From positions 3,584,001-3,648,000 of the forward strand of contig OY970192.1 of assembly GCA_963708135.1 (NCBI GenBank): a stretch of DNA of 64,000 bases. Direction: 5' to 3'. The stretch comes from an uncultured Gemmatimonadales bacterium (GTDB lineage Bacteria; Gemmatimonadota; Gemmatimonadetes; Longimicrobiales; RSA9). Position numbers and translations under genes: made by a program. The notes under the pieces were generated by a model that worked only from the letters and a program-made list of their open reading frames with translations, searched no databases and was not told the DNA's origin. Of this stretch, positions 53,174 to 63,100 are shown piece after piece. Positions within the stretch are counted from its first letter, which is position 1; each line of letters starts with the position of its first letter.

Positions 53174-53334
53174 GAACCCTCCTTCCCGCCGCCCGTCGAG
53201 ACGGGGGCGAAGGACGGCAAGATCGGCACCGCCGAGGGAAGCGGCGGCGCGGCGGGTGAGGTGACAGAAGCGGAGAGGGATCCCGGCCGGGAGGACATGC
53301 GCGGCCGCGCCGCGCGGCGACGCCGCGGGCGGCC

Positions 53335-55260
53335 TCAGGCGCGCGAGCGGCTCGGGGGGAGCGAGAGGTGGAAGGTCGTGCCCGCGCCGGGCGCGCTCTC
53401 GACGGTGAGCGTGCCGCCGAGGCGGTGGGCGAGCGTACGGCTCACGGCCAGGCCCAGCCCGATGCCGCCCTTGGCGCGCGTGCTCGACTGGTCGGCCTGC
53501 GTGAACGGCTCGAAGATCCGCTCCAGGTGCTCGGCCGCGATTCCCGGCCCGGTGTCGCGGACGCGGATGCGGAGCGGGTCGCCCGCCTCGAGCTCGAGCG
53601 CGACCTCGCCGCGGTCGGTGAACTTCACCGCGTTGCCCAGCAGGTTGAGGAGGATCTGGCGCAGCTTGCCCGCATCGGTCTCCGCGCCCACGCCCTCGGG
53701 CGGCAGGAGCGCGCGCAGCAGGAGCCCCTTCTGCTCCGCCTCCGGCTCGAACAGCGCCAGGCTCTCGGCCGCGAGCGCCGTCACATCGACGACGCCGAAG
53801 CGGAACTCGGCCCGCCCGGCCTCGACCTGCGAGTAGGCGAGGATGTCGTCGATGATGGTGACAAGGTGCCAGGCGCTCGTCTTCACGTGCAGGAGGTGCT
53901 CCTTCTGCCGCTCCCCCATCGTGCCCCACACCTCGCTCAGAAGCAGGTCCGCGTAGCCGATCACCGTCGTCAGCGGCGTCCGCAGCTCGTGGCTCATGAC
54001 CGCCAGGAACTCGCTCTTGGCCCGGCTCGCCGCTTCCGCGACGGCCCGCGCCTTCCGCTCCGCCGCGTACAGCCGGGCCCGCTCCAGCGCCTGCACGCAC
54101 TGGCTCGCGAGCGTGAGCGCGAACGCCCGCTCGTCCGCATCGAGGCTGCGCCCGCGCGGCAGCGCGAGCTCGATCCCGCCGCGCACCTCTCCCTGCGAGA
54201 TCAGCGGCAGCGCGACGAAGACGTCCGCCCCCGCATCGCGCCGAACCGCGTCCAGCAGAGGCTGCGGCTGCGGCTCCCGCTCCGTGGCTGTGAACACCGG
54301 ACGTGCCTCGCGGACCGCCACGCAGATCGGCAGCGCCGTGGACAGCGGCAGCGCGACAGCCGCGTCCACGTGGCGCCGCGCCGCGCCGACCACGTGCACC
54401 ACGTGCAGCGCCCCGTCCGCCGGATCCAGCAGCGCCATCATGCCGGTCACGGCGCCCAACGCGTCCGCGCCCTCCTCCAGGCAGCAGCGTGCCACCTCCT
54501 CGCGCGTGACCGCCCGCGCCAGCGAGGCGGAGACCCGCTGCAGGCGCGCCGCCCGACCGACCGCGCGCTCCGCCGCCCGCCGGGCCTGCCGCTCGGCGTC
54601 GAAGAGGCGCGCCCGCTCGAGCGCCTGCCCGCACAGCTCCGTCAGCATGGCCGCGAACGCACGGTCCTCCGCGTGCCAGGGCTTCGGCTCGCGGAACAGC
54701 AGCGACCACGCACCGAGGATGCGCCCGTTCGCGATGAGCGGCGCGGACGCCTGCGCCTCGAAGCCGGGGAGCTCGGGCGTCGAGCCGAAGACCGCATCCC
54801 GCGCCGCCCTCGACTCCAGGTACAGCGGCTCGCGCAGGCGCACCGCCCGGGTGATCGGCGCCTCCACGGAGAGCGGGATCCGCTGCCACGCACCCTGAAA
54901 GGCGGTCGGCAGCCCCACCGTCTCTACCGCCTCGAGCCCGGTGCCGTCGCGGGTGAGGAGTGCGAGCACGCCGGCGTCCGCCTCGAGCGCGCGCATGCTC
55001 GCCGCGACTGCAGCGCGCGCGACCTCGGCGGGAGTCAGGGCGCGGGAGAGCGCCGCGGTGAACTGCTGCAGCTGGAGCAGCCGGACGGTGCGGTCGAAGC
55101 CGACATCGGCGCCAGCGGGGCCGACCTCGACCACGAGGGGGGACGGCGCAGGGCCGCCGTGTGCGGGCGCGCCTCCGGCCTGACGGGCCGGTCGCGCACC
55201 CGCCGCTTCGCCCCCGGATTCGTGAGGAAAAGGAACGGCGTCCGACGGCAGCGGAGTCAC
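53335..55260 (-). CDS. GAF-domain sensor histidine kinase
   Basis: Two GAF repeats; MSHELRTPL, NLLGNAVKFT, GIGLGL. Confidence 0.95.
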   Translation of the reverse strand: MTPLPSDAVPFPHESGGEAAGARPARQAGGAPAHGGPAPSPLVVEVGPAGADVGFDRTVRLLQLQQFTAALSRALTPAEVARAAVAASMRALEADAGVLALLTRDGTGLEAVETVGLPTAFQGAWQRIPLSVEAPITRAVRLREPLYLESRAARDAVFGSTPELPGFEAQASAPLIANGRILGAWSLLFREPKPWHAEDRAFAAMLTELCGQALERARLFDAERQARRAAERAVGRAARLQRVSASLARAVTREEVARCCLEEGADALGAVTGMMALLDPADGALHVVHVVGAARRHVDAAVALPLSTALPICVAVREARPVFTATEREPQPQPLLDAVRRDAGADVFVALPLISQGEVRGGIELALPRGRSLDADERAFALTLASQCVQALERARLYAAERKARAVAEAASRAKSEFLAVMSHELRTPLTTVIGYADLLLSEVWGTMGERQKEHLLHVKTSAWHLVTIIDDILAYSQVEAGRAEFRFGVVDVTALAAESLALFEPEAEQKGLLLRALLPPEGVGAETDAGKLRQILLNLLGNAVKFTDRGEVALELEAGDPLRIRVRDTGPGIAAEHLERIFEPFTQADQSSTRAKGGIGLGLAVSRTLAHRLGGTLTVESAPGAGTTFHLSLPPSRSRA

Positions 55261-55529
55261 GCGCCGGTCGGGATGGGAGAGGATGACACCGGGGGCCGAG
55301 TATACGCAGCAGGACCCGCCACCGCCAGCCCGGTCCTGCGGGAGCTTGCGGCGCACGGCATCACGGCTTCATTTTTTCGGCTGGCCTCCGGGCTCCGGAC
55401 CGGATCGCCGCCCCAATCTCGCAGCCATTTTCGCGCGGCGCCGCAGCCGCCACGGGAGTCGTTCGCACGATTCTCGCTTGGCGTGGGCCTGGCGCCGCTT
55501 GCACGTGTTGCACGAAGGGAGCAGCAGAG

Positions 55530-56201
55530 ATGAGCACGACCCCGTCCCCGAAGAGGCCCTCTCAGCCCGCCGGCCGCCGCGCCGTGGTCCTCCTGCCGAT
55601 CGCGCTGGCGATCCTGGCGGCGGGCGCCTGGCTCGCGGGCATCCGCCCGCCGAGCGCCGGGGCGCAGGGGGCGCTGCGCGGGATCGAGCTCGCACAGCCC
55701 ATCCCCAAGCCGGACTTCACCCTCACCGACACCCACGGGCGGCCTTTCGACTTCCGGGCTCGCACCGCCGGCTCGCTCACGCTGCTCTACTTCGGCTACA
55801 CGCACTGCGCCGACATCTGCCCCACGCGCATGCGCGACATCGCCGCGGCGCTCGCGCAGGTGCGGCCGGCGGTGCGGCGGCGGGTGCGGGTCGTCTTCAT
55901 CTCGACGGACCCCGACCGCGACTCCGCCGCGCGCATCCGGCAGTGGCTGGACGGCATCGATCCCACGTTTATCGGCCTGCGCGGCCCGCTCGACGCGGTG
56001 AACGCCGCGCAGGCCGCGCTGCACCTGGGAGCGGCGCGGAAGGAGGCCGCCGCCCCGGCAGGTGCGCCATACCAGGTCACCCACGCCGCGGAGCTCGTCG
56101 CCTTCTCCCCGGACGGCCCGGCGCGCGTGCTGTATCCGCCCACCGACGGCCGGCGGGAGCTGGCCCATGACCTGCCGCTCCTCGTCGCGGGCGGCTCTTG
56201 A
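55530..56201 (+). CDS. SCO-family copper chaperone
   Basis: FGYTHCADICP, DPDRD, conserved His. Confidence 0.93.
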   Translation: MSTTPSPKRPSQPAGRRAVVLLPIALAILAAGAWLAGIRPPSAGAQGALRGIELAQPIPKPDFTLTDTHGRPFDFRARTAGSLTLLYFGYTHCADICPTRMRDIAAALAQVRPAVRRRVRVVFISTDPDRDSAARIRQWLDGIDPTFIGLRGPLDAVNAAQAALHLGAARKEAAAPAGAPYQVTHAAELVAFSPDGPARVLYPPTDGRRELAHDLPLLVAGGS

Positions 56202-56255
56202 CCGCAACGCCCCGCTGCTCGGGGGACACGAGACTCGAGCCCGTGAGAACGTGCC

Positions 56256-57401
56256 ATGGCCACTGCTGAGCGCTTCCTCGGATCCGCCGCGCGCCCCGCG
56301 CGCCCCGCGCGCCTCGACAAGGCCGACAAGTGGCTGGTGGGGCCGGCCTACGACCTGATCCTCATCATCTTCTCGTCCTCGCTGCTCGTCTTCCCCCACC
56401 TCACGCACGCCTACCTGAAGAGCAACATCGCGGTGGACCTCATCGTGACCATGCTCATCGGCGGGCCGCACCTCTTCGCGACCTACACGATGACGCTCAT
56501 GGAGCCGGGGTTCCGGGCGCGCTATCCCCGCTACTCGAAGGGCGCGTACCTGCTCCCGATCATCATCGTGACCATGGCCGCCGTGAACCTGACGCTGCTG
56601 GTCACCATCTTCTTCTTCTGGGCGTCGATCCACGTGATCCACCAGGCCGCCTTCATCGCGGACGCCTACCGGATGAAGGACCCGCGCGGCTGGTCGCGCT
56701 GGTCGCGCTTCATCGACTACGGCCTGCTCTTCACCTGCATGTACCCGATCGCCACGCAGCGCCTCATGCACGGCAGCTTCCAGACGGGCGGCCGCACGCT
56801 CCTGTTCCCGCCCTTTCTCAAGTCGATGGACTGGCTGCCCTACCTCATCGGCGCCGTCTTCGTCTCCTTCCTGGCCGCCTTCATCGTGAAGACGATCGAT
56901 GAGCTGCGCACGGGCCGCTTCCACGGACCGAAGACGCTCCACATGACGGTCGCCACCGGGCTGTTCCTGGTCACGCCGCTGCTGCCCAACCTGGACGTCG
57001 CCTTCCAGGGGCTGAACGTCTGGCACTCGTTCCAGTACCTGGCGGTCGTGCTCTACCTGAACCGGCTGCGCGAGTCCCGTGGCCTGATCGGATCCGACGT
57101 GGTGCGGAAGGTCTCCGGCAGGGGCTGGCGCCTCTACGCCCTCTGCCTCGCCTTCACCATCGGCGCCGGCCTCCTCTTCCTCGGGCTCCTCGACGTCGTC
57201 GTGCACCAGGGGTGGTTCGAGACCGGAAGCCGCATGAACAGCCTCTTCTTCGGACCCGTCTACTCGAACCAGCACTACTTCGCCTTCTACAGCGTGGTGC
57301 TCTCGTTCCTGCTCGTGCACTACTACTTCGACCACTTCCTCTTCCTCTACGTGGACGAGGAGATCACGCCCAGGTTCGAGCCGCTGCGAGAGGCGGCCTG
57401 A
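56256..57401 (+). CDS. Multi-pass membrane protein with conserved-looking His motifs
   Basis: GGPHLFATY, WASIHVIHQ, WHSFQYL, HYYFDH; strong codon bias. Confidence 0.85.
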   Translation: MATAERFLGSAARPARPARLDKADKWLVGPAYDLILIIFSSSLLVFPHLTHAYLKSNIAVDLIVTMLIGGPHLFATYTMTLMEPGFRARYPRYSKGAYLLPIIIVTMAAVNLTLLVTIFFFWASIHVIHQAAFIADAYRMKDPRGWSRWSRFIDYGLLFTCMYPIATQRLMHGSFQTGGRTLLFPPFLKSMDWLPYLIGAVFVSFLAAFIVKTIDELRTGRFHGPKTLHMTVATGLFLVTPLLPNLDVAFQGLNVWHSFQYLAVVLYLNRLRESRGLIGSDVVRKVSGRGWRLYALCLAFTIGAGLLFLGLLDVVVHQGWFETGSRMNSLFFGPVYSNQHYFAFYSVVLSFLLVHYYFDHFLFLYVDEEITPRFEPLREAA

Positions 57402-57500
57402 CGCACCGCGGCGGCCGCCGGGACGAGCCTTCGTCCCGCCGGCCGCCGGTTCCGTTCGGGCACCACCCGCCCCCAGACCGCGCACCCGCCGGAGGCCACG

Positions 57501-58787
57501 ATGCCGCAGGATTCCACGCCCGGACCGCGCCGGGCCGCACTCGCCGCGCTGCTGCTCCTCGCCGGCGCGATCCCATCCGCGCAGGCCGCCGGACAGGCGG
57601 CTCGTGCGGCCCCGGCGGCGCCGCGGCCGGACACCACCGGAAAGCCGATCGTGATCGGCCGGGAGGCCACGCTCCACTCGCGCATCCTCGAGGAGGATCG
57701 CAGGCTCCTCATCCACCTGCCCCGGAGCTACGCGGAGCATCCCGACGAGCGCTACCCGGTGATGATCCTGCTCGACGGGGATGCGCACATCGTCGAGGCC
57801 ACCGGCATCGTCGAGTCGCTGGCCAGCAACTGGCGCGTCCCCGAGATGATCATCGTCGGCGTCCCGAACACCGACCGCACCCGCGACCTCACGCCGGCGG
57901 CCGCCTCCGACAGCGTGCGCATGAAGATGCCGTACGGAACCGACAGCCTGACGCAGCACTTCCCCACCGCCGGCGGGGCCGACCGCTTCCTGCGCTTCCT
58001 CACGGAGGAGCTGCGGCCGTGGCTGGCCGCGCGCTACCGGACGCTGCCCTACCACGTGCTGGTGGGGCACTCCTTCGGCGGCCTGTTCGCCCTGCACGTC
58101 CTCATGAGCGCTCCCGCCAGCTATGACGCCTACGTGGCGGTGAGCCCCAGCCTGTGGTGGAACGGCGGCTCGCTCGTCGCGGACGCGCCCGCCGCGCTCT
58201 CCCGGCTGCCGCTCGCCGGCCGCGCCCTCTACATGACCGTAGGCGACGAGGGCCCCGTCATGCTCGACCCGATCTCCGCCTTCGCCGCCGACCTCGGGCG
58301 CACCCGCCCCGCCGGCCTCCGCTGGTGGTTCCGGGCGCGCCACGGCGAGACGCACAACAGCAATCCGCACGGCTCAATGTACGACGGCCTCGACTCCATC
58401 TTCTCCCCGTGGGCCGTGCCCGACTCGCTCGTGCTCACGGCGGACGTGCCCGCCGTGCAAGCGCACTACGCCGCGCTCTCCTCCCGGCTGGGCACCCGCG
58501 TACCCCCGCCCGAGTCGCTGCTCGAGATGATCGGCGGCGTCATGCTCCAGATCGGGCGCCCGGCCAGGGCGCTCCCCGCGTTCCGCCAGGCCGCCACCGA
58601 CCATCCCCGCTCGTGCGGCGCCCGCGCGGGGCTGGCCCGGACGCTCGAGGCCACGGGCGAGCTGGCGGACGCCGCCGAGACGTGGGACGAGGCGGCCCGC
58701 CTCGCCGCGGCCGCGCACGACGAGACCACCGCCGCGGAGTACCGGAAGAACGCCGCCGCGGCCAGGAAGAAGGGGGCGGCGCGATGA
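57501..58787 (+). CDS. Secreted IroE-like alpha/beta esterase with C-terminal TPR
   Basis: YPV..LLDG, RTRDLTP, GHSFGG, SPSLWW, GETH. Confidence 0.9.
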   Translation: MPQDSTPGPRRAALAALLLLAGAIPSAQAAGQAARAAPAAPRPDTTGKPIVIGREATLHSRILEEDRRLLIHLPRSYAEHPDERYPVMILLDGDAHIVEATGIVESLASNWRVPEMIIVGVPNTDRTRDLTPAAASDSVRMKMPYGTDSLTQHFPTAGGADRFLRFLTEELRPWLAARYRTLPYHVLVGHSFGGLFALHVLMSAPASYDAYVAVSPSLWWNGGSLVADAPAALSRLPLAGRALYMTVGDEGPVMLDPISAFAADLGRTRPAGLRWWFRARHGETHNSNPHGSMYDGLDSIFSPWAVPDSLVLTADVPAVQAHYAALSSRLGTRVPPPESLLEMIGGVMLQIGRPARALPAFRQAATDHPRSCGARAGLARTLEATGELADAAETWDEAARLAAAAHDETTAAEYRKNAAAARKKGAAR

Positions 58788-58833
58788 GGGCGGGCGAGCG
58801 GCGCGCGCCGGCGGCCGGTGGAGGGCGGACGCC

Positions 58834-60009
58834 GTGACCGAGCGGCTCTACTACACGGACCCCCGTCTCGAGGCCTTCGCCGCGCGCGTGGAGGAGACGC
58901 GCGACCAGGGCCGGCGGCTCTACCTCGACCGCACCGCCTTCTATCCCACCTCCGGCGGGCAGCCGCACGACACCGGCACGCTGGCCGGCGTGCCCGTCCT
59001 CGACGTGGTGGACGAGGGCGAGCGCATCGCGCACGTGCTGGCGGAGCCCGCCGCCGCCGCGGGCGAGGAGGTCGAGGGCAGGATCGACTGGCCGCGTCGC
59101 TTCGACCACATGCAGCAGCACACGGGGCAGCACCTGCTGTCGGCGATCTTCTCCGATGCCTTCGGGCTGGAGACCGTCAGCGTCCACTTCGGCGAGGACG
59201 CCTCCACGCTCGACCTCACCGTCCACGGGCTGGATCCCGCCATGCTGCTCGAGGCCGAGGCGCGCGCCAACGCCGCCATCTGGGAGGACCGCCCCGTGAC
59301 GGTCGGCTTCGAGGACGCGGACGCGGCCATGGCCGCCGGGCTGCGCAAGCCGACGGAGCGCGAGGGCCGGCTCCGCGTCGTCGCCATCGAGGGGCTGGAC
59401 CGCAGCGCCTGCGGCGGCACCCACGTCGAGTCAACCGGCCGGATCGGCGCCATCCTGCTGCGCCGGACCGAGCGGATCCGAAGTGAGACGCGCGTGGAGT
59501 TCCTGTGCGGCGGGCGCGCCATCCGCCGCGCCCGCGCCGACTTCGCCGCGCTCACCCTGGCCGCGCGCGTCTTCTCCGCGCCGATCGACGAGGTGCCCGC
59601 GCTCGTCGAGTCCCAGCAGCGGCAGCTCCGGACGCTCCAGTCGGACCGGAAGAGTCTCGACCAGGAGCTGGCCGCCTTCCGCGCGCGCGACCTCTACGAG
59701 CGGACGCCGCCGGCCGCCGACGGGGTCCGGCGCGCCGTGCACGCCGTCACCCCCGGCGCGGCGGACGAGCTGCGCGCGCTCGCGCTCGCCTTCACCGCCC
59801 TCCCGAAGGCGCTCCTCGTCGGCTCCGTGGAGAGCCCGCCCGTCGTGCTCCTGGCCACATCCGAGGACTCCGGCATCGAGGCCGGCACCGCGCTGCGCTG
59901 CGTGCTCGACGAGCTCGGCGGCCGCGGCGGCGGGTCCGCGCGCATCGCCCAGGGCAGCCTGCCCGACGCCGCCGCCCTCGCCCGCGCCGTCGAGCTGCTC
60001 GCCGGCTGA
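58834..60009 (+). CDS. AlaX-like alanyl-tRNA editing protein with DHHA1 domain
   Basis: FYPTSGGQPHD, HTGQH, CGGTH, GRGGG. Confidence 0.92.
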   Translation: MTERLYYTDPRLEAFAARVEETRDQGRRLYLDRTAFYPTSGGQPHDTGTLAGVPVLDVVDEGERIAHVLAEPAAAAGEEVEGRIDWPRRFDHMQQHTGQHLLSAIFSDAFGLETVSVHFGEDASTLDLTVHGLDPAMLLEAEARANAAIWEDRPVTVGFEDADAAMAAGLRKPTEREGRLRVVAIEGLDRSACGGTHVESTGRIGAILLRRTERIRSETRVEFLCGGRAIRRARADFAALTLAARVFSAPIDEVPALVESQQRQLRTLQSDRKSLDQELAAFRARDLYERTPPAADGVRRAVHAVTPGAADELRALALAFTALPKALLVGSVESPPVVLLATSEDSGIEAGTALRCVLDELGGRGGGSARIAQGSLPDAAALARAVELLAG

Positions 60010-60012
60010 TCT

Positions 60013-60106
60013 CGCCGGGAGGTGCCGACACCCTGAGGCTCGTCCCCCCCACCGAGGGGGACATTCTTAGTCGCCACAAGTGGGACATTTTCAGCCGCCA
60101 TTGACA
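60013..60106 (+). mobile_element. Isolated IS21-like terminus
   Basis: Ends in ATTGACA; two subterminal repeats GGGACATTCTTAGTCGCCA / GGGACATTTTCAGCCGCCA. Confidence 0.7.
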
Positions 60107-63100
60107 GGGGGAGCCGCGCCGTAGCGACTCTGCTGGGTCAGCCGGAGCGGTCCATCCCCGCGCCTGCGGGGGAGCCCGGCGAGATCGAGCCGTCCGAATA
60201 GAACACTTGGGTCCATCCCCGCGCCTGCGGGGGAGCCTGGGTGGACCTCGGGGCGAAGATCAACGCACAGGGTCCATCCCCGCGCCTGCGGGGGAGCCTC
60301 AACACGTATCTCATCTCCGGCGCTTATCTCGGGTCCATCCCCGCGCCTGCGGGGGAGCCACCGTCTTCCGGCATCCGGCACAGAGGTACGACGGTCCATC
60401 CCCGCGCCTGCGGGGGAGCCCCCGTGGCAATGCGGGCAGTCCACGAGCTCGAGGGTCCATCCCCGCGCCTGCGGGGGAGCCCCGCCGAACGCGAGCATCG
60501 CCTCCTCGTCCAGCGGTCCATCCCCGCGCCTGCGGGGGAGCCACGAGCCCATACGCCTCGTTCGCGACCCTGAACGGTCCATCCCCGCGCCTGCGGGGGA
60601 GCCTGATCGCAGCGCAGCAGGCGGGTGCCACCGAACGGTCCATCCCCGCGCCTGCGGGGGAGCCCTGTACCGGGAGGGCGAGGGTTGGTTTTGGTGGGGT
60701 CCATCCCCGCGCCTGCGGGGGAGCCCGCAGGGTGCCGGTCGAGTCGAATACGGCGATGGGTCCATCCCCGCGCCTGCGGGGGAGCCATGTGCTCCGGCCC
60801 GGCGCTCTGGAGGACGACCGGTCCATCCCCGCGCCTGCGGGGGAGCCCGGGGCGCCCCCAGCGCCGGCCGGGGGATCCAAGGTCCATCCCCGCGCCTGCG
60901 GGGGAGCCTCTCACCCCGGACCAGCTCCGCCATCGGGCTCCGGTCCATCCCCGCGCCTGCGGGGGAGCCCCAGAGGCACGCGCGGCACAGCACCACACCA
61001 TCGGTCCATCCCCGCGCCTGCGGGGGAGCCGAGAGCTACCGCGGCCCGGGGAAGGACGGGGAAGGTCCATCCCCGCGCCTGCGGGGGAGCCCGTCCAGTC
61101 CCAGGTGGACGCACGGGACTCCCGGGTCCATCCCCGCGCCTGCGGGGGAGCCGCGTTCCGGGACATGGCGCCCATGCTTCGCAGCGGTCCATCCCCGCGC
61201 CTGCGGGGGAGCCGAGTCCATCGGCGCGATCATCGACCCCACCGCAGGTCCATCCCCGCGCCTGCGGGGGAGCCTAGATCGCGAGGCGCTTGTCCTGGCG
61301 GATCCAGGGTCCATCCCCGCGCCTGCGGGGGAGCCTCCGTCCAACCGCAGTAGCACCGCACGAGTCCAGGTCCATCCCCGCGCCTGCGGGGGAGCCGTGC
61401 ACGGCCCCCACTACGTGGATCTGCACGTGGGTCCATCCCCGCGCCTGCGGGGGAGCCGGCGCATGAGGCACTGAGATGGAGTTTCTGAGCGGTCCATCCC
61501 CGCGCCTGCGGGGGAGCCCCGACGACGGAGCCGCTCCTGATCGCGGGGCAGGGTCCATCCCCGCGCCTGCGGGGGAGCCAGACCCTCGCGGATTCCACTG
61601 CGGCGCTGGTCGGGTCCATCCCCGCGCCTGCGGGGGAGCCATCGCTCCCCGGGCGGCGGTGGGCGACGCTGAGGGTCCATCCCCGCGCCTGCGGGGGAGC
61701 CTAGATCGCGAGGCGCTTGTCCTGGCGGATCCAGGGTCCATCCCCGCGCCTGCGGGGGAGCCTCCGTCCAACCGCAGTAGCACCGCACGAGTCCAGGTCC
61801 ATCCCCGCGCCTGCGGGGGAGCCGTGCACGGCCCCCACTACGTGGATCTGCACGTGGGTCCATCCCCGCGCCTGCGGGGGAGCCGGCGCATGAGGCACTG
61901 AGATGGAGTTTCTGAGCGGTCCATCCCCGCGCCTGCGGGGGAGCCCCGACGACGGAGCCGCTCCTGATCGCGGGGCAGGGTCCATCCCCGCGCCTGCGGG
62001 GGAGCCAGACCCTCGCGGATTCCACTGCGGCGCTGGTCGGGTCCATCCCCGCGCCTGCGGGGGAGCCATCGCTCCCCGGGCGGCGGTGGGCGACGCTGAG
62101 GGTCCATCCCCGCGCCTGCGGGGGAGCCTTCCCGACCGTCCCGGTGATGCTCGCGAGCTCGGGTCCATCCCCGCGCCTGCGGGGGAGCCACGCGGACGTC
62201 GGCCAGGGCGACCTGCTGGTGGGGTCCATCCCCGCGCCTGCGGGGGAGCCGGCCCGTCCCAGCGGCCGAGTGGCGCGTCGGACGGTCCATCCCCGCGCCT
62301 GCGGGGGAGCCCGTGGATGCGGGGTCCGTCGCCGTGCACCGTGAGGTCCATCCCCGCGCCTGCGGGGGAGCCCCCATGTGGCGCAGCCAGAGCGCGTCCG
62401 CCTCGGGTCCATCCCCGCGCCTGCGGGGGAGCCTCGAAGAACCCCGGAGGGACGGGAATCGCGCCGGGTCCATCCCCGCGCCTGCGGGGGAGCCGGTCGT
62501 AGATCACCTCCACGCGCACCACAACCCGGTCCATCCCCGCGCCTGCGGGGGAGCCTGGGACGCGGCAGAGCAGGACGTCGCCTCGGAGGGTCCATCCCCG
62601 CGCCTGCGGGGGAGCCTCCCACGCGAACTCCGACAGCGGCCGATGCACGGGTCCATCCCCGCGCCTGCGGGGGAGCCGCGGGAATGGGACGGCGACGGCG
62701 GCCTCCAGTGGGTCCATCCCCGCGCCTGCGGGGGAGCCGGTGTCGAGAGCGGCACCGGGACAGGGAAGTCGGGTCCATCCCCGCGCCTGCGGGGGAGCCC
62801 AGCGGCGCTTCATCGTCGAAGAGTGCGCGTGCGGTCCATCCCCGCGCCTGCGGGGGAGCCGTCTGGCACTCGCTCGGCTCGGCTGCCTCGCCGGGTCCAT
62901 CCCCGCGCCTGCGGGGGAGCCCGACGCTGCGCGGCCACCGGCAATGGGACAAGGGGTCCATCCCCGCGCCTGCGGGGGAGCCAGGACAGGGGAAGACATG
63001 CAGCAGCGCGCGTCCGGTCCATCCCCGCGCCTGCGGGGGAGCCCCCAGCGCGAGCGCGACGTTCTCGAGCGAGTGGGGTCCATCCCCGCGCCTGCGGGGG

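Noticed and set aside
55257..58370. 1037-aa minus-strand ORF and similar long Arg/Gly/Pro-rich ORFs throughout
   Set aside because: Shadow frames expected in very GC-rich DNA, opposite well-supported genes
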